DNA from: Callorhinchus milii
Lineage: Eukaryota
DNA: 64,000 bases
Reading direction: 5' to 3'
Assembly: GCF_018977255.1 (NCBI RefSeq)
Contig: NW_024704743.1
Coordinates: 50,098,001 to 50,162,000, forward strand
Below the pieces are notes generated by a model. The model ran no database searches, was not told the DNA's origin, and was given only the letters and a program-made list of their open reading frames with translations. Within the stretch, counting starts at the first letter, position 1. The number at the start of each line of letters is the position of its first letter. Shown in pieces: positions 41,813 through 56,380 of the stretch. The translations under genes and the position numbers were made by a program.

Positions 41813-42939
41813 GTACTTGGAGATATTCCTGTATGCAGGATTAATGCATCAGAAAAAGAACAGTTTATAACAGTATGTGCACATTCTGCTGTGATCTAGA
41901 TATTTATACCACACAAGATCAAGGCTTGTAATCAAGTCTAATCTCATGCTTATGTTTTTGTGAAGTAATAAATATGTTTTAAGTGTTTGAGATTAACATG
42001 ACAAAGGTATTTTCAATCTGATGAGAAAAGTAACAGTCAATAGGCCACTATGGAANTTTTTTTTCTGTAAAAAATATTTTACAGAAGACAAAATTGATGC
42101 ATTGTAAAATAATCCAAGGAAAATTCTAATCACCATACAGTTTGTATGCAATGCACAGAACATTTCTCTAATAAATTATTCCTACCAATAATTAATTTTT
42201 ATGTACTCGTGCAAAACACATTTTGAAAGCACAAGTACAGTAGATGTTTCTATTATCCAATAGCAGCATGAAGTGCTTTGAAGAATCTGTTAAGTGGTAT
42301 TTTATCACTGGATATTTATGCCAAGGTCCCAGGCAGAACTGACTGAAATGCAAAACTGGAACCGTCAAAATAATAGATTTTTATTGAACGATTTCAGAAG
42401 CCTACTGAAAGAGAAACAAAACTTAAATTATAAGATAAATTGAAATTACAAAAGATATCACGCTTTAACAGCACCAAATAACAAAATCTTACCATCAATC
42501 TCTTCAAAGCAGATAATGCCTGATATGTATGAGGTAGAAAAGTTGCTCTTTGAACTTTGTGGCTCCTGTACAAATGAATTAATCTATATATCTGAGAAGA
42601 GCATTGTACATATAAAAATACAATTGTGTTTTTCTTTGAATCCTTTTTTTAGTTGAAAAAGTATGCTGCTCGTGTTCTACTCACATAAAGCAAAGATTCT
42701 TTCATATTCCCATCACAGTTGATTGTCCTTCAAACATACACTGCACTATTATTTGTATATTAACTTTTTTGCCAATATATAATTGCAGTCAAACATAATT
42801 CAGTTGGTCATTTAAGTCCACGTTTGAATTTTGTATTAATTCTTCCAAGTAGACTTTTATTTATATTGTAATGGAATAAGCTGCTAGTATAAGGTTATAA
42901 TTATATTATATTATAATTGAATGCATAAAGGTTCTAGCT

Positions 42940-43228
42940 AAACAAGCACGGGAAAGCTTGCCGGACAGCAATATCAATGGTAAGCTATGCAGTTTTAGCT
43001 GGTCAGACTCCAGCAGCACCCCAACACACACTCTGGGATCCCCAAGCCTTGGCTCTTGCCAACCTGCGCCTAATACTTTCCGGAATTAGGTAATTCCAGG
43101 GAGAGATTGTGCATTCCATTCCAACAATCTTTCTCTGCGATTTCCTTTTGTAGGTGGGATGCATAGAATTCTTAGTTTGGTTTAAGCATTGTGAATGGGT
43201 TTCCACGTGTGTCAGATACTCGGCTGCC
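42940..43228. repeat. Inverted copy of the unclassified repeat
   Basis: aagctatgcagttttagctgg, cctaatactttccggaattagg and atgggtttccacgtgtgtcaga are reverse complements of blocks in the 23146/25461 copies. Confidence 0.85.
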
Positions 43229-43310
43229 ACACCACACGCCCCTCGCTCCCAAAAGCTGCTAAGTTTAAAATTTGATCATCCCAAATTTAAAGAAGGAACT
43301 TCACGATCAC

Positions 43311-43699
43311 AGAGTCCTGTTGTTTAGTGGTTAGAGCACTCACCTCGCAAGCAAGAGGACCTGGGTTCAATTCACAGGCAGGGAAAAACGTTGGATAACT
43401 TTCCTTACTCCAGAAGCCTCTGCTTACCTAGCAGTAAGTAGGAACCCGGTTACTACTCAATTGGCGGATCATATTTCTGGGGGTAATAATCCATTAAAAA
43501 ATGTTTTTTGAAAAATAATCACTCAATCAACGACTGTTTGTGGGATAATGCTGTGCGCAATCAGCTGCCGCATTTCACCCACAAAATATACAGACAATTC
43601 ACTTTACAATATATTCTGTGAAGCGCTTTGAGATGTCTCGAAGACGTGATAAGGCACTATATTACTATATCAAATGCAAGGATTATTATTATTATTATT
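43311..43699 (+). mobile_element. SINE, long subfamily with an extra ~70-bp internal segment
   Basis: Extra gcctctgcttacctagcagtaagtaggaacccggt...ttggcggatca segment, shared with 52385-52795 (+), 16270-16560 (-), 54905-55170 (-) and 51630-51800 (+). Confidence 0.85.
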
Positions 43700-45294
43700 A
43701 CAACTTAAGGCACACATAAGCAAACAGCTATTTGCTGCTGCTTATGGAGAACACAGAAAGCCAGCAGTGTAAGATGAGGAGAGGGGATGATGGAATGGCA
43801 AGACTGTAATAGCGTGTCTATAAAGAAATGATTATCTATCAGATGGGAATTATTGTTTTGCAAAGCAGCTGGGTAATGATAGTGGGGAAAGGAAGGATGA
43901 AGGGGATGCAGACCAACAGAGACAAAGATGATCAAATATGGGAGCAAAGACTGCAGACTGGAAGAGAGTATTGAAAAGGCCCAGAAACCAGTGCCTATTA
44001 GTTGCTCACTGTTATTGCATTCTAGTCTCAGAATTGAGCCTCTTTCCCAATTTTGGAGTTTTTTTCATGTGTAAGGAAAATAAAAATATATTTTTTTAAA
44101 CAAAGAGTTGATGGGGCAGCAAAGATGTGGCAGTAAATAAAATATAAGTATTTAAGAGTGAATAATGAATTTGAATAATTAAGGGCAAGTTATTATTAAT
44201 AATAATAATCCTTGCATTTGTCAAGTAAGAGTCTGATTCAGTTGGTAGCAATCTTACCTCTGAGAAGGTTGTGGGTTCAAGTCCCATAATGAGACTTTAA
44301 GCTCATAGTCTATGATGACACTTCAATGCAATGCTGGAGATATGTGAAAATGTAGCTTGAAGGACTGGAAAGAATACTGCAGGAGTTAAGCTGTTATAAC
44401 TTAGTAATAAAATAATAATGCTTACATTGGGTATAGCACCTTTCACTTCAGATCTCAACCTACTTCACATGATATACTATAAGTGCAAAAGCAGCAGCCA
44501 ATTTGTGCATGTTGCACAAACAGAGAATTTCCAATTTTGTTTGGAGGATTGTTGGCCAGTTTACACTGCTTGAAGTGAAGCTATGTCACTTACAGCAGTA
44601 AAGCAATCAGGAGTGAGCATTCATACTTTCCATTCCCAATGAGAGCACAAAACGTAGGGTTTTAATGTCATAAAATAGACTTGCATTATCAGCTTTTAAA
44701 TAACGTAAAAAATGGCTCCTTCTGTCCTTCAGATGAAGCATTAAACTGAGTTCCCATCTGCCTGTTCAGGTGGACTTTAAATATCCCATAGCACTATACA
44801 AAAGAGAAGAGATTTTCTCATGGTATCTGGCCCACAATCCCCCAGATAAAATTGATCATTTCCTTCATGGCTGTTTGTGGTATATTGCAGTGTGCAAATT
44901 GATTGCTTTGTTCGCCAAATAATACACTATCACTCCTCTCAATAGTAAATCCTGTGAAGCGCGTTGAGATATTTTCCCAACATGAAAATAATTATAATAA
45001 AATGCAAGGATTATCATTAATAATAATAACAATGATCCTTGTATTTGATATGGCCCTTCACTGTGTTTATATGGCAGTCATACGAATGATGTTTTGCCAG
45101 AATCACTTTCTCCAGGACAGAGCCCAGTACAATACCCTTTCACATTGCACTATTCAACCATGATTTACTCTTTTGACAGCAAAACTCATCGAAAATTGCA
45201 GCAATTTGCAGCAAACACTGCAGTATAAATCAAGCATTAATCGCCTGACGGAAAGTTCTGCAATTCCTCGCTCACAGATCCCCAAAGGTAATCC

Positions 45295-45590
45295 ATCAGA
45301 ATTCCAAAAAGTGGGACCATCCCCAATTCAAAAGGGAATACTGTAGTGTCCTAAACATTGTGAATGCATTTCCTGTTCCAGTATGCAATATGTTACATTT
45401 ATCCACATTACAATCCATCTGACATTGCTTACCACACCTGCTAATCTGCTCTATGCTGGTTTGAATGTTACTTATTTCCCCTGTATTTGTCATCTTGCCC
45501 CATATCTTTGTGGCATCAGCAAATATTAAGAATATTTCAAATAGTACTCATCCTTCAAAGTATTTATGAATAGTGTGCACAGTAGTAAAT
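45295..45590 (-). mobile_element. Decayed CR1 RT fragment
   Basis: Reverse translation gives IFADATKI and QMDCNVDKCNILH. Confidence 0.65.
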
Positions 45591-46399
45591 CACGTGTCAG
45601 CCTGGCTTAGTTAGTAACATTCTCGCCTCTGGATTAGAAGGTTGTGGGTTCACATTGGACTTTTGAGTATATTTGATCTAAAATTCAACCTAGTTTCAAC
45701 CTAGCCATTTTGTCTTAAAATTCATTTCCATCATGCAGAATTGCCCAAAATTCTTAAATTCAAACATGATTCAGAAGTTATTTGTTTTAAAGAACTGCAG
45801 AAAAACAGTTTCTAAATTAAATGGAATTGAAGAAATTTCCAGAATTAAGCACTATCTTAAATTTTATGACAAAATGACCATATAGCCTAAGGCTGAGTGA
45901 AATTTCAGGTGTATATTCTAATTTCCAAAGCAAGTATCTTAATTTTGTGCCTTACTCTATTGATGAAATATTGCAAAAGCTAAAGAATTTGGGGAGACTA
46001 CAAAGATATTGAGATATATATCATAATCCACAGGTTTTTTCTTGGCATAAAACACCATCATCTTAAAGAGGTCTTGCAATCCCCTTGATTTGACCTGATA
46101 AGGACAGAGTTTCATTGCACATGCAAATATCCATCAAATCAGCCCATTTATGGGTTTGCATAAGCAACTTATAAATCTGACTGTTAGCACTTGTCATATA
46201 TTGCTGAACAGGGCATTGCAGGAGAAGGAGTGCAGTTGATCATGTGGATTCAAGGTACTGATGGTGGCTGCTATATGTGGTAAGTAAAGGCAAAAAGGAC
46301 TCTGGGGAGTTCATGAACTTCTATTATAGACATGTTGTTATTTGCTCCAAAAATTTCACTGAATTTACCGGCTCAGAAGGGAGGGTATGTGAAGGAGTG

Positions 46400-46960
46400 C
46401 CTTATGTTACTGGGTGGCTCAATGCCTCCTCGCTGCAAGTAGCATTTAATGGTAGAAGGAACACATTTGCCACCTGGCACATTGTCACATGGTCCGATGT
46501 CTCCACAATGTCTTCATTGGATTGCCATGGAAGCAGGAAAGTGATGTGTTTCAGCTGTGTTGTGAGAATCTGCTGATTTGATGCCTTTAACCTCCAATAA
46601 CTCTTGGGAAGTGTCTCAGGAACTTCATCTCGTGGCTGCTGGGTGGGACAATTTGCCAAAACCTCCAGCTGCTGAGTAGATAGGGGTCCTGGCATTTCTG
46701 TCAGCTGATCAGCAGGAAAAGGATGTGTTTGATCACTCCTTTGGGTGCAGTGGGATGCTGTACCCACTCTTTGATCACTCAAATCATTCTACTGCTCTAC
46801 TGCTCCAGCTGCACCAGTCGCGATGCCAGGAGCTCCATGGGAGAAAGTTCTTGAATAGTCTGCTCGTGGCATGACATCTCTAGATCTCCAGCAACATCTA
46901 GACTTTTAGTCTGGTTGGATGGCCTTGACAAGCCATTTGAATTACCTTGCCACCTCGTGG
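46400..46960 (-). mobile_element. Possible heavily decayed LTR-retrotransposon pol remnant
   Basis: Reverse-strand fragments NGLSRP, VIKEWV, QIVPP, RDEV and W..EDIVE..C weakly recall the Gypsy RNaseH-integrase Zn-finger junction. Judged by eye only. Confidence 0.3.
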
Positions 46961-48697
46961 TCCATGTCATTGAGCATTTATGTCTGAATTAATTTCCCAA
47001 TTTTTTGACAGAAGACTCTAGATGATGCACTGCACCTTCACCAGACATTTGACTCTTCCAACTGAGACAGTGCGCACAGGAACACATGGCAATATGCCAG
47101 GTTGGGCTCCTTCTCTCATCAAGTTAGATGGTGTGTGATTTGGGTATTTTCCTCTGAAAGGAAAAGGAATAATACACTTAACACTTTTCTGCAAGTCCTG
47201 AGTCATGTGTCTCTTATCCTTCAGAAGAGATCCATCTATGCCTGTTCGGGTGGATGTTAAAGATGGCAATATTTAAAAAAAGAAAGGAGTTTCTCCTGGC
47301 GACATGAAGCTGGTTCAAGTTTGCTAAGTGGAGGTAATGGCCAGGGCACTAGGGTTGCAGGAGATCACAGGGGTAGAGTGGGGCAAGGCCATGGAGGCAT
47401 TTAAAACTGAGAACAAGGATCTTGAATTCAGTCTGTTGGGGGATAGGAAGCAAATGAAGTCGAATGAGGTTGAGAGTGATCGGCTTGTGAAGCTTGGTGC
47501 TGGAGAGGACATGGGCTGGAGATTTCTGAATGGCCTACAGCTTGTGCTGGCAGGAACTGGGAAGTTTGATGAGCAAGACATTGGAATAATTGATCCTGGA
47601 TGTGGTGAAGGTGTCTTTGCATTGCATTAGATTATGTTACAGTAATTATAACCTAATGATTTATAAACTGGATGCAGCTTTTTATTTAACTGGTTATTGG
47701 AAGGTGAATTCATTTAGAAAGAACACTATTTGGAATTACCTTCTGATATTCAGTGCAATTTAAGACAAATACAAATAGTTTATCCATAAATGAACAAAAC
47801 CATTCTAAGAATAAATAATTAATATGACAGTAGTTTGCTGGGTTCTAAATTTGTTTATGGGGATTCAGTTTTGATATGAGGCCAAGTACACAGTTGGAAT
47901 TATTTAGATATGATTTACCATAGTGAATACTATGACTCACGTTCTAAGGATTAATTCAAGATTGCACTGAAATTGCAGCTGTTCCAAATTAAATAAGTAA
48001 ATTGTGGAGATTTGGATGTGCTGCACAGTAAAAATAACACCTCCTGCTTCTAGTTTTAAACTGGCTTCACATAAATATGATTCCTATTGGGTTTGTATAC
48101 AAAGCTTTGCTTAAATCACTCTCTGTCCTGCTGTCACTTCATGGCTATTGATGGGATATTGCTGTGTGAAAATGGGCTGCTGGTTTTGCCTACAAATGCA
48201 TGATGTCTACAGTTTGGAATAAAATCCTATGAAGCGCTTTGAGATCTCTTGACAACATAATAAGTCTATATCAATGCAAGAGTTATTATTACTATTATTA
48301 TCGTTATAACACAACCCACTAGTGGGCATGTTTCATCCACAAAATATACAGTCAATTCACTTTACAGAATATTCTGTGAATTGCTTTGAGACGTCTCGGA
48401 GACGTGATAAAGCGTTATATCAAATGCAAGGATTCTTATTCTTATGTGTATTTTATCATTTATTTACGACTGGTTCAACAGTGAAGGCAGAATTCAAAAA
48501 TGGCTAGTAGGTAGGGTAACCAAATGTGCCTGATTTCCAGGGACAGTCCCCAGATGAGGAATTGAGGTATTGTGTCCATGGGACCAAATTTGCCCTGTTT
48601 TGAGTTCATCAACAAACTGAGTAAGAACAATAAAATTCTAAAACAGATATAGTTATCAGCCATTAATCAAACAAACTTCTCCAGTACTGCCAGTATC

Positions 48698-49023
48698 GTG
48701 GAGTCCTGTAGCTCAGTGGTTGAGCACTCGCTTTGCAAGCGAGAGACCTGAGTTCAATTCCAGGCAGGGCGAAACCTTGGGCAAGTTTCCTTACTCCACA
48801 CACCTAATAATAATCCCTCCAAAACCAAAAACAATAATAAATTGGTCATTTTCAATCCATGACTGTTTGTGGGACATTGCTGTGCGCAATTGGCTGCCGC
48901 GTTCGCCCACAAATATACAGTCAATTCACTTTACAGTGTGTTCTGTGAAGCGCTTTGGGACGTCCTCCTGACGTGAAAAGCGCTATATCAAATGCAAGGA
49001 TTATTATTATTATTATTATTATT
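48698..49023 (+). mobile_element. Full-length tRNA-derived Deu-domain SINE with L2-type tail
   Basis: A box TAGCTCAGTGG, B box GTTCAATTCC, Deu-like core TGTTTGTGGGACATTGCTGTGCGCAATTGGCTGCCGCGTT, stem-loop tail, (ATT)n. Confidence 0.9.
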
Positions 49024-49228
49024 ATCAGGAATTGTGGTGAGTTCATTTTTTTAATATTTGGATTTGGTTTGCAAAATACAGTCACCTAGGGCAAGCAATT
49101 AACCTATTTAGGAAAAAATACATTGTCTTACGTGTGTATTGAGCAAAGCAAACATAGTTTATTAATTTGTGCTTCTGAAGTGCTAATGCTTTACTACCTC
49201 GCAACATAGCATGCATGTTGTATGTTAG

Positions 49229-49542
49229 AGTGGAGTCCTGTAGCTCAGTGGTTAGAGCACTCGGTTTGCAAGTGAGAGACCTGGGTTTGATTCCCGGCAG
49301 GGTCAAACCTTGGGCAAGTTTCCTGACTCCACACGCCTGATAATAATCCCTCAAAAAAAAATAATAATAAACTGATCATTTCAATCCACAACTGTTTGGG
49401 GGACACTGCTGTGCACAATTGGCTGCCGCATTTCGCCCACAAATGTACAGTCAATTCACTTTACAGTCTATTCTGTAAAGCGCTTTGAGACATCTAGAAG
49501 ATGTGAAAAGCGCTATATCAAATGCAAGGATTATTATTATTA
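49229..49542 (+). mobile_element. Full-length SINE, same family
   Basis: Same head, core and tail as 48698-49023, about 200 bp downstream. Confidence 0.9.
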
Positions 49543-52384
49543 CTATGTTAAAGGGGAATAAAATCATGTTTCAACAAAATATCTAGGCCAAAATTTCAGT
49601 GCAGTACCCGAAAAGAACTGTGGAAATCCAGCTTCCTAATTAAAACTGAATTTAAGAATGTTTTTCAAAACTTTGGATGATTTTAAATTTGAAGATAATG
49701 GTCTTAACCCAAACAACATGAAAAATTTCAGACCTTCGATATCTAGGATTCAGAGTGTAGCCTCTAATCATCAGTAGTTTTGACACACGTTTGACATGCC
49801 ACACCGTCCACTCAGCTAACATCAGCCTTGCTCATTGTCCCTCGATCAATTTGGCCCATCATCGGTGGATGAGCTTTCAGCCATTCAGCTCCTGCTCTCT
49901 GGAGCTCCATCCACCATTTTGTCCTCTCAGTCTCTGCCTTAAGTCCTATCTTTTCTTCTGGTAACTTCCCCCACCCACCTCCGCTTTTCCCCAGTCTGGG
50001 TTCACAGCCAACTGCATGATGCTCTTTGAGACTACCTCCCAAAGTAAAGGGAACTATATTAATGTAAATTGTTATGTGAGTGCAGGAAAGGCCGGCCCTA
50101 CCAGGCATGTCAGTTATCAGCACAGGTTCCACAATGCACTCCACAGTGGAGTTGATTAAAGATTGTGACGGTAAATGAGCTGAGGGTTTATAGGACCTTA
50201 ACATGCAATAGTGACTACCATTAATGTTTGTTATTAGAACATAGTACATACTGAGAACTTGTGCCAGTTGGCCAGTTATTCAATAGCTGGATTTGATTAA
50301 ATTGATTATTTAATTACAAATAAAATGTTATTGCATATATAAGATTTGTTTTGTCTTCTAGCCTCTACAGCTTGATCCTACAGCGAAGAACTAATTTATC
50401 CACTAAATCATTGGGTGCATTTAAAAATATATTTGGGTTATCTTTTTCCTTCCTATCCCATCACAGCACAAAATATCCCCAGCTGAGAGAACAGGCTTGT
50501 GTCTGCCAGTGCTGCTTTACAGCCAGCTGCTACAAGGTGAGCAAGAGTGGTCTAACTGGCCATCTTTCTCCCTGAGGAAAAGTGGCAAGTCTGTGCACAG
50601 CTTGAGATTGTGTGGAGAATCATGAGAGCAAACCAGTGTTCACCAGCCCAAGGCACAGCTTGGAGCTCCCACAAGCTGTTCCATGGAACCAGCCCTCTGA
50701 TTTATTGTCTGATTTATGACGTCCGGTTTGAGAAAATTGGATTGCAATTTTGTGGTGAAATTTGCAATAACGAACCCCAAGTCTGTAAAAAGGCTGACGA
50801 GTAAAACAGTGTAGTTTGATTTACAAATATCATAAATTAGACCCGGGATCCTGGCCTCAACCTTCCTTTCTGCTCCAATCTTTAATTATCCTCTGCGTAA
50901 AGAAATACAGTGGTCCTTTGGTGTGAGTCCTGAAATTACCCTTTGCACTGTGAACCTGTATCTATTTGCCTTGTTGTATCTGTTGAGAGTTTACTCTCAA
51001 CCCCATCCCATTTCAAATCTTATATATTTCTATAAGTTCTGTTCTGAGACATCAACATTTCAGTCTAGGTAAATTTTTACTTGTGCTCACTATTCAAACA
51101 AAATAGCCACAAATTTATTGGAAAATAGCCAGGAAATTAACATTAAAAAAATTAAACTGATTATTAAAAAGTGTTAGAGATGAGAGATTGTTTAAAACTA
51201 TAATGAGTTACAAGTTTAAATATTCAGCTTCATCCGTTTTTAAACTTGTTTTGTTACATAACTGACTTTTAAAAGAGTTGGCATCAGTATTTCCTTCTCC
51301 AAGTCAGAACAATGAAAGTACTATTGTAAATGTGGAAGTCATAGAGTTTGAAATTTTTCTGCCCAATTCATGTTGCTAGTGTTATTCAATGGAAAATACA
51401 ATTTGCATGAATTGTGACTGTTCCCAGCAAATTGTTTGGACCTGAGCATATATCTGGAGAGCTATTTTCTAGTATTTTGTATATTTTATTCCTGGACAAA
51501 ATACAGAATACAGGAAAAGACATATTGCTTGATAAGTAATCCTTCCCGCACCTCTGACCTCTTTCTACCACTTTATCACAGACTTTCCCATCTTATAAAA
51601 ATTATATAAATGCAAGTTGTTGTTGTTAAGTCGAAACCCCGTTGTTAGTCGATTGGTGGAGTGCTTTCTGGAAGTAATAATCCCTTTGAAAAAATAACTA
51701 AAAATAATAAATAATTATTAAAAATAATAATAATTTGGTCACTGAATCCACGACTGTTTGTAGAACACTGCTGCGTGCAATTGTCCACCATATTTTGCCC
51801 ACGGCATGCTCCTTCATAAAGAGGTGATTTAAATCTGATGGTTCTGTCATGTTTAATCCTTAATACCACTGTCCCAGAGAAGTACTTTTGCATGCAAACT
51901 ACAACAAATTGTCTAGTGCCTTTCATAAGGCAAGTTAGAGACAATCAACAGTACGAATTATTAAAGTGAGTTTATTCTATTTTCTAGATAATCTGCAATA
52001 GACATCTACAGTATTCAGTATTCCCAAGTTAATAATAGAATGATAGTTATCTTATTTTTGACTATGTCTGCTTAGATATTGCTCTTTATAAGATTCTCGT
52101 ACTAATACAGCATCAAGGGTGTGAAGTCTCCAAGCAATGTCCATGACTAGCAGTTCTGCACTGCTGTTGTGACACGGCTGTGTTATTAAGGCAATGACAC
52201 TAGTGCTGTTTAGTCCAAAATTAATGTTCACTGTTGATACTATTATGTGGTCACTGATGTTTCCACAGGAATACTGTATCAATACAAGAAGCAGAGTCAC
52301 ACTAAGTGAGGTTCCTATACTTGACCACTGAATGTCTGCTACAGTGGTGTTCGATCACGTATGAACCAAGTTACACTCTTTGTT

Positions 52385-52795
52385 ATGTGGAGGCCTGTAG
52401 CATATCGGTTACCCACTCACCTTGCAAGAGGATTTGATTCCCGGGCAGGGTGAAACGTTAGGCAAATTTCCTACTCCACCTGAATCTGTTTATCTAGAAG
52501 TATGCAGGTACCCGGTTGTTGGTCGATTGGCGGATCACTTTCCCGGGGGTAATAATCCCTTCAAAAACATTTTCTTTAATAATAATGCCTAATAATAATC
52601 CTTAAGAAGAAAAAACAATAATAAATTGGTCACTTCAATCCACGGCTGTTTGTGGGATACTGCTGTGTGCAATTGGCTGCCATGTTTTGCCCACAAAATA
52701 CAATCAATTCACTTTACAGTATATTCTGTGAAGCACTTTAAGGTGGCCCGAAGATGAGATAAAAAGTTATATCAAATACAAGGATTATTATTATA
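52385..52795 (+). mobile_element. SINE, long subfamily
   Basis: tRNA head, extra segment, core and tail. Confidence 0.82.
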
Positions 52796-54903
52796 CCTTA
52801 ATAATATCTCTCAGTTTTAAAACATTCAGAACCTGGAAATTCCCATCTATGAAAGCCTCACACAGTGTTACAGAATAGTATGTTGTCTGTAAGAATTTAT
52901 CCAGGTTGAAGTGCAGAGAACAAGAAAGATTAATTTGCATTTTTATAACATCCACAGCATAGAAATGTCACAAAGGGTTTCAATATAATTATTGTCTTGG
53001 CGTTAACGAGACAGTTAATCTAGGAAACAGTTTCAATTACAAAGGTTTGGCAGCCGGGTTGCGAAGAAGAAAACAGCCAAACTGAAGTGGGTTCAATGAG
53101 AAAAGTAGACACCAGCAAAATGAATATGTTGGTCATTCAAGAGATGGTGGGGGTTAATCAAAGTTTGTCAGAGGTCCAACACATGGCAGGGTAGGGCATG
53201 AGCACTGAGACTGCATTGTAGCCATTGGCAACCAAGTGACTCCAAACATTTTGAAGGAAAGTCAAGAACTGTGCATGAGTGCCCAATATTCTTCCTATTA
53301 CCTGGAACAAACATACTTTCTTTTGTTTAGATGTTCTGATCCAATACGTTGTTTTGAAATAGAGTATTTGCTGATTGGAGTGGTTCACATACTTTTTCAA
53401 AGCTGTAGCTTTCAAAATGGCAAGTTGAACAAAACACAGCATGTACCACCCAACCCCCCTCCATCCCACCACCCCGCCACTCACCGCCCCCCCACCCACC
53501 CGCCTCCACAAAAAAAAAGAAAAATTACACTTTCCTATTCAAAAAGCATCAAAATATGAGACATCTCGAAGGCGTGATAAGGCGCTATGTCAAATGTAAG
53601 GATTATTACAACAACAAGATTACATTTCTATAGCGCTTTTCACGTCGGGAGGACGTCCCAAGGCGCTGGACGCCTTGGGACGTCTACTACTATTATTAGT
53701 AGTAGTATTATCTTTTTTAAGGTTCTAAGGAAATAGAAAGCTCTAAACCCCAAATGTTCATGAGGAATGATTAATGATTTTATTCCAATAACATGGAAAT
53801 ATTTGTGTTAAAGAAAAAGGCCCTCAGAGTTTGGTGTGCATTTTAATGATATATGTCTTACATTTTTCCCCAAATTTCATTATCTCTGAGTTATTTCATT
53901 GGCAGAGAATTACATGGAATTTCTAGCCTTAAATAGGTAATTACTATTCAAGGGTAGTGACAATCAAGAGTGATAATCACATGTGCTGATCAAATTATGA
54001 TTTATCTTACAAGATAAATTGTTTCTATTGTGTTGTGAGAGTGAAATCTGAGTTCATTCTTATACCTCAAGAGTTTGGGTCAAGAAGACCTGTAACTGCT
54101 AAAATAACTTTCTAGATGCAAGCAGTAAGATTTCATTGCAGTGCAAGCTCCTTATTGACTTCCATTATAAGGAAATAGAAGCAAGAATAAGGATAATGGA
54201 ATGGTTGCAGAAGTGGAAACCACGTGGACAAGCTTTTCATTTGATCGGAGGAGGTTTGAAGTCTTTACTGATCTCTCCTCACCCCTTCTTCCCATACATG
54301 ATGGGTACAATGATACAGCAAACTTGAAATATTTATAATAATAATAATCCTTGCATTTGATATAGCACCTAATCACGTCATTGAGACGTCTCAAAGCGCT
54401 TCACAGAGTATATTGTAAAGTGAATTGACTGTATATTTTGTGGGTGAAACGCGGCAGCCAATTGTACATCAAACACTGAAAATACATATGCATTTATTAT
54501 TTACAGTATGTGCAAATTAGCTGCCACGTTCACCAACAAAAACACAGATTATAATAAAATAATCTGATACTATTAAGCACAGTGATCTTTTCCCGCATCT
54601 TGTCTGAAAAACATCTGAGTTATCTTGTTAAAAGGAGTGCAAAAAATGCAGACTTGTGGATATCAGGCTCCAGCCAATGTGAATTCCTGCATGAACCATA
54701 GAAACCATGGGAATTTACAGTGAAAGAAGACTATTCAGCCAACCATGTCTGTGATAGCTTTTAAAGAAGAATCCTTTTCGTCCCATTTACCTGCCTTTTT
54801 CCCATGCCCTGTTGTTTACATTGAAATGCCATCAATAGCAACCTGATCACCCAGAGGTCAGGAACATCCCACACAACTCCTGCATTAAAAGCAGGGAGGT
54901 GCA

Positions 54904-55170
54904 TAATAATAATAATCCTTGCGTTTTTGCATTTGATATAGCGCCTTATCACGTCTTCAAAATGTCTCAAAGCCCTTCACAGAATATACTGTAAACTGAA
55001 TTGACTGTATATTTTGTGGGCAAAACGCAGAGCCAATTGCGCACAGCAGTGTCCCACAAACAGTCGTGGATTGAGTAAACAGATAATTATTTTTTTTTTA
55101 AGGATTTATTACCCCCAGAAAAGCGATCCACCAATCGACTAACAACCAGATAACAAATTACTAGGATAAC
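54904..55170 (-). mobile_element. SINE fragment (further fragments at 54335-54470, 24070-24210, 59478-59585, 57686-57790)
   Basis: aataatccttgc...gatatagcgcc...cacagaatatactgtaa tail and core in reverse. Confidence 0.8.
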
Positions 55171-56089
55171 AAATGTGATAACGAAGTTATGCTGTTACAG
55201 TACTTTTAAAAAAAAGTTTTCAATGAAATGATATTGATGCATTTTGAAAATTGTCTTTATAACGTTGTATACAAATACTGCATTTTTCATGCCAGAGGTT
55301 TGGTCTTGCCAGCAGCATCCAGCAACATATTCAACAGGTACACTAGGGAATGCTAAGCTTGCATCGTACAGAGCGCTTCTGTCCTCCAGAATCACTGAGT
55401 AAAAGGAAATGAGGGGGCTCTGCTGCTCTGAAGAAAAGATGCAGTATTGTGCCATTTGCAGTCATGTTTTAATCAAGAAGATTGTAATGTCCGTTAGGAG
55501 CTCTGAGGGTTTTAATAATGTTAGTTTGAAAATTCAGAATATTCCTTAAATTTGGACATGATACATCATATTTACAAGACTATAAACTTCATCTATACAC
55601 CTTTGCTTTATCTAGATTTTTGACACCGATTCAATCCTCGTCTGTGCTGAATAAACTGGTCTTTGTAGTTATGGTGCTACAATTGGCCTCCACAACTCAG
55701 TCAGCCAGGGTTCCAAATCTTGATCACTATCCAGTGACCACTGTGAGTAGGTGTTTGTGTGTGTTTTGGGCCAAGGACAAGGTCCCCCTGGGTTGTGATG
55801 CTTCTTCAGAAGCCGACAACATACATTGCCAATGCATCAATATCAGACACTTGATCAAGGCACTTTAGCACAATTGGCACCTATGAAATCATCACCCAGT
55901 CAAAGGAAAAAGAAGTAAAACACCTTCAGGAGAAGAGGGGAGGGAAGAAAAACAACTTTCTAAAGGCACTGCATGAAAACAAACTCACGAAAGGAAAAAA
56001 ATTAACGAAAGGACCCTGTTTCATTAAATTACGCAATTTTCTATCCTCTTCCCAGAAGGCGGTGACCAATGCTGTGGTATAGTTCTAAA

Positions 56090-56380
56090 GACAACAACCA
56101 CCACAAAAAAATTACATTTATAGAGCGCCTTTCAGGTCGGGAGGACGTCCCAAAGCGCTGAACAGTCAGGTGTCGGGGCCCGAGCCTGGGGGAGGGGTGG
56201 TGTAGGGGTGAGGGAAGGCAGAGAGGTGGGAGGGAGACCAAAGACATGATCAAAGAGAAGGGTCTTGAGACCAGCCTTGAAGGGAGGAAGCGAGGCGAAG
56301 GGACCATGGGATGGGAATTCCAGAGTGTGGGGCAGAGAGGCTGAAAGCCCGGCCACCGATGGTAGGGCGGGTCAACTGGG
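56090..56380 (-). mobile_element. L2 3' fragment
   Basis: Matches 41460-41740. Confidence 0.85.

Noticed and set aside
48698..48775. tRNA-Ala gene
   Set aside because: It continues directly into a SINE body and tail, has an irregular T arm and recurs in many copies.
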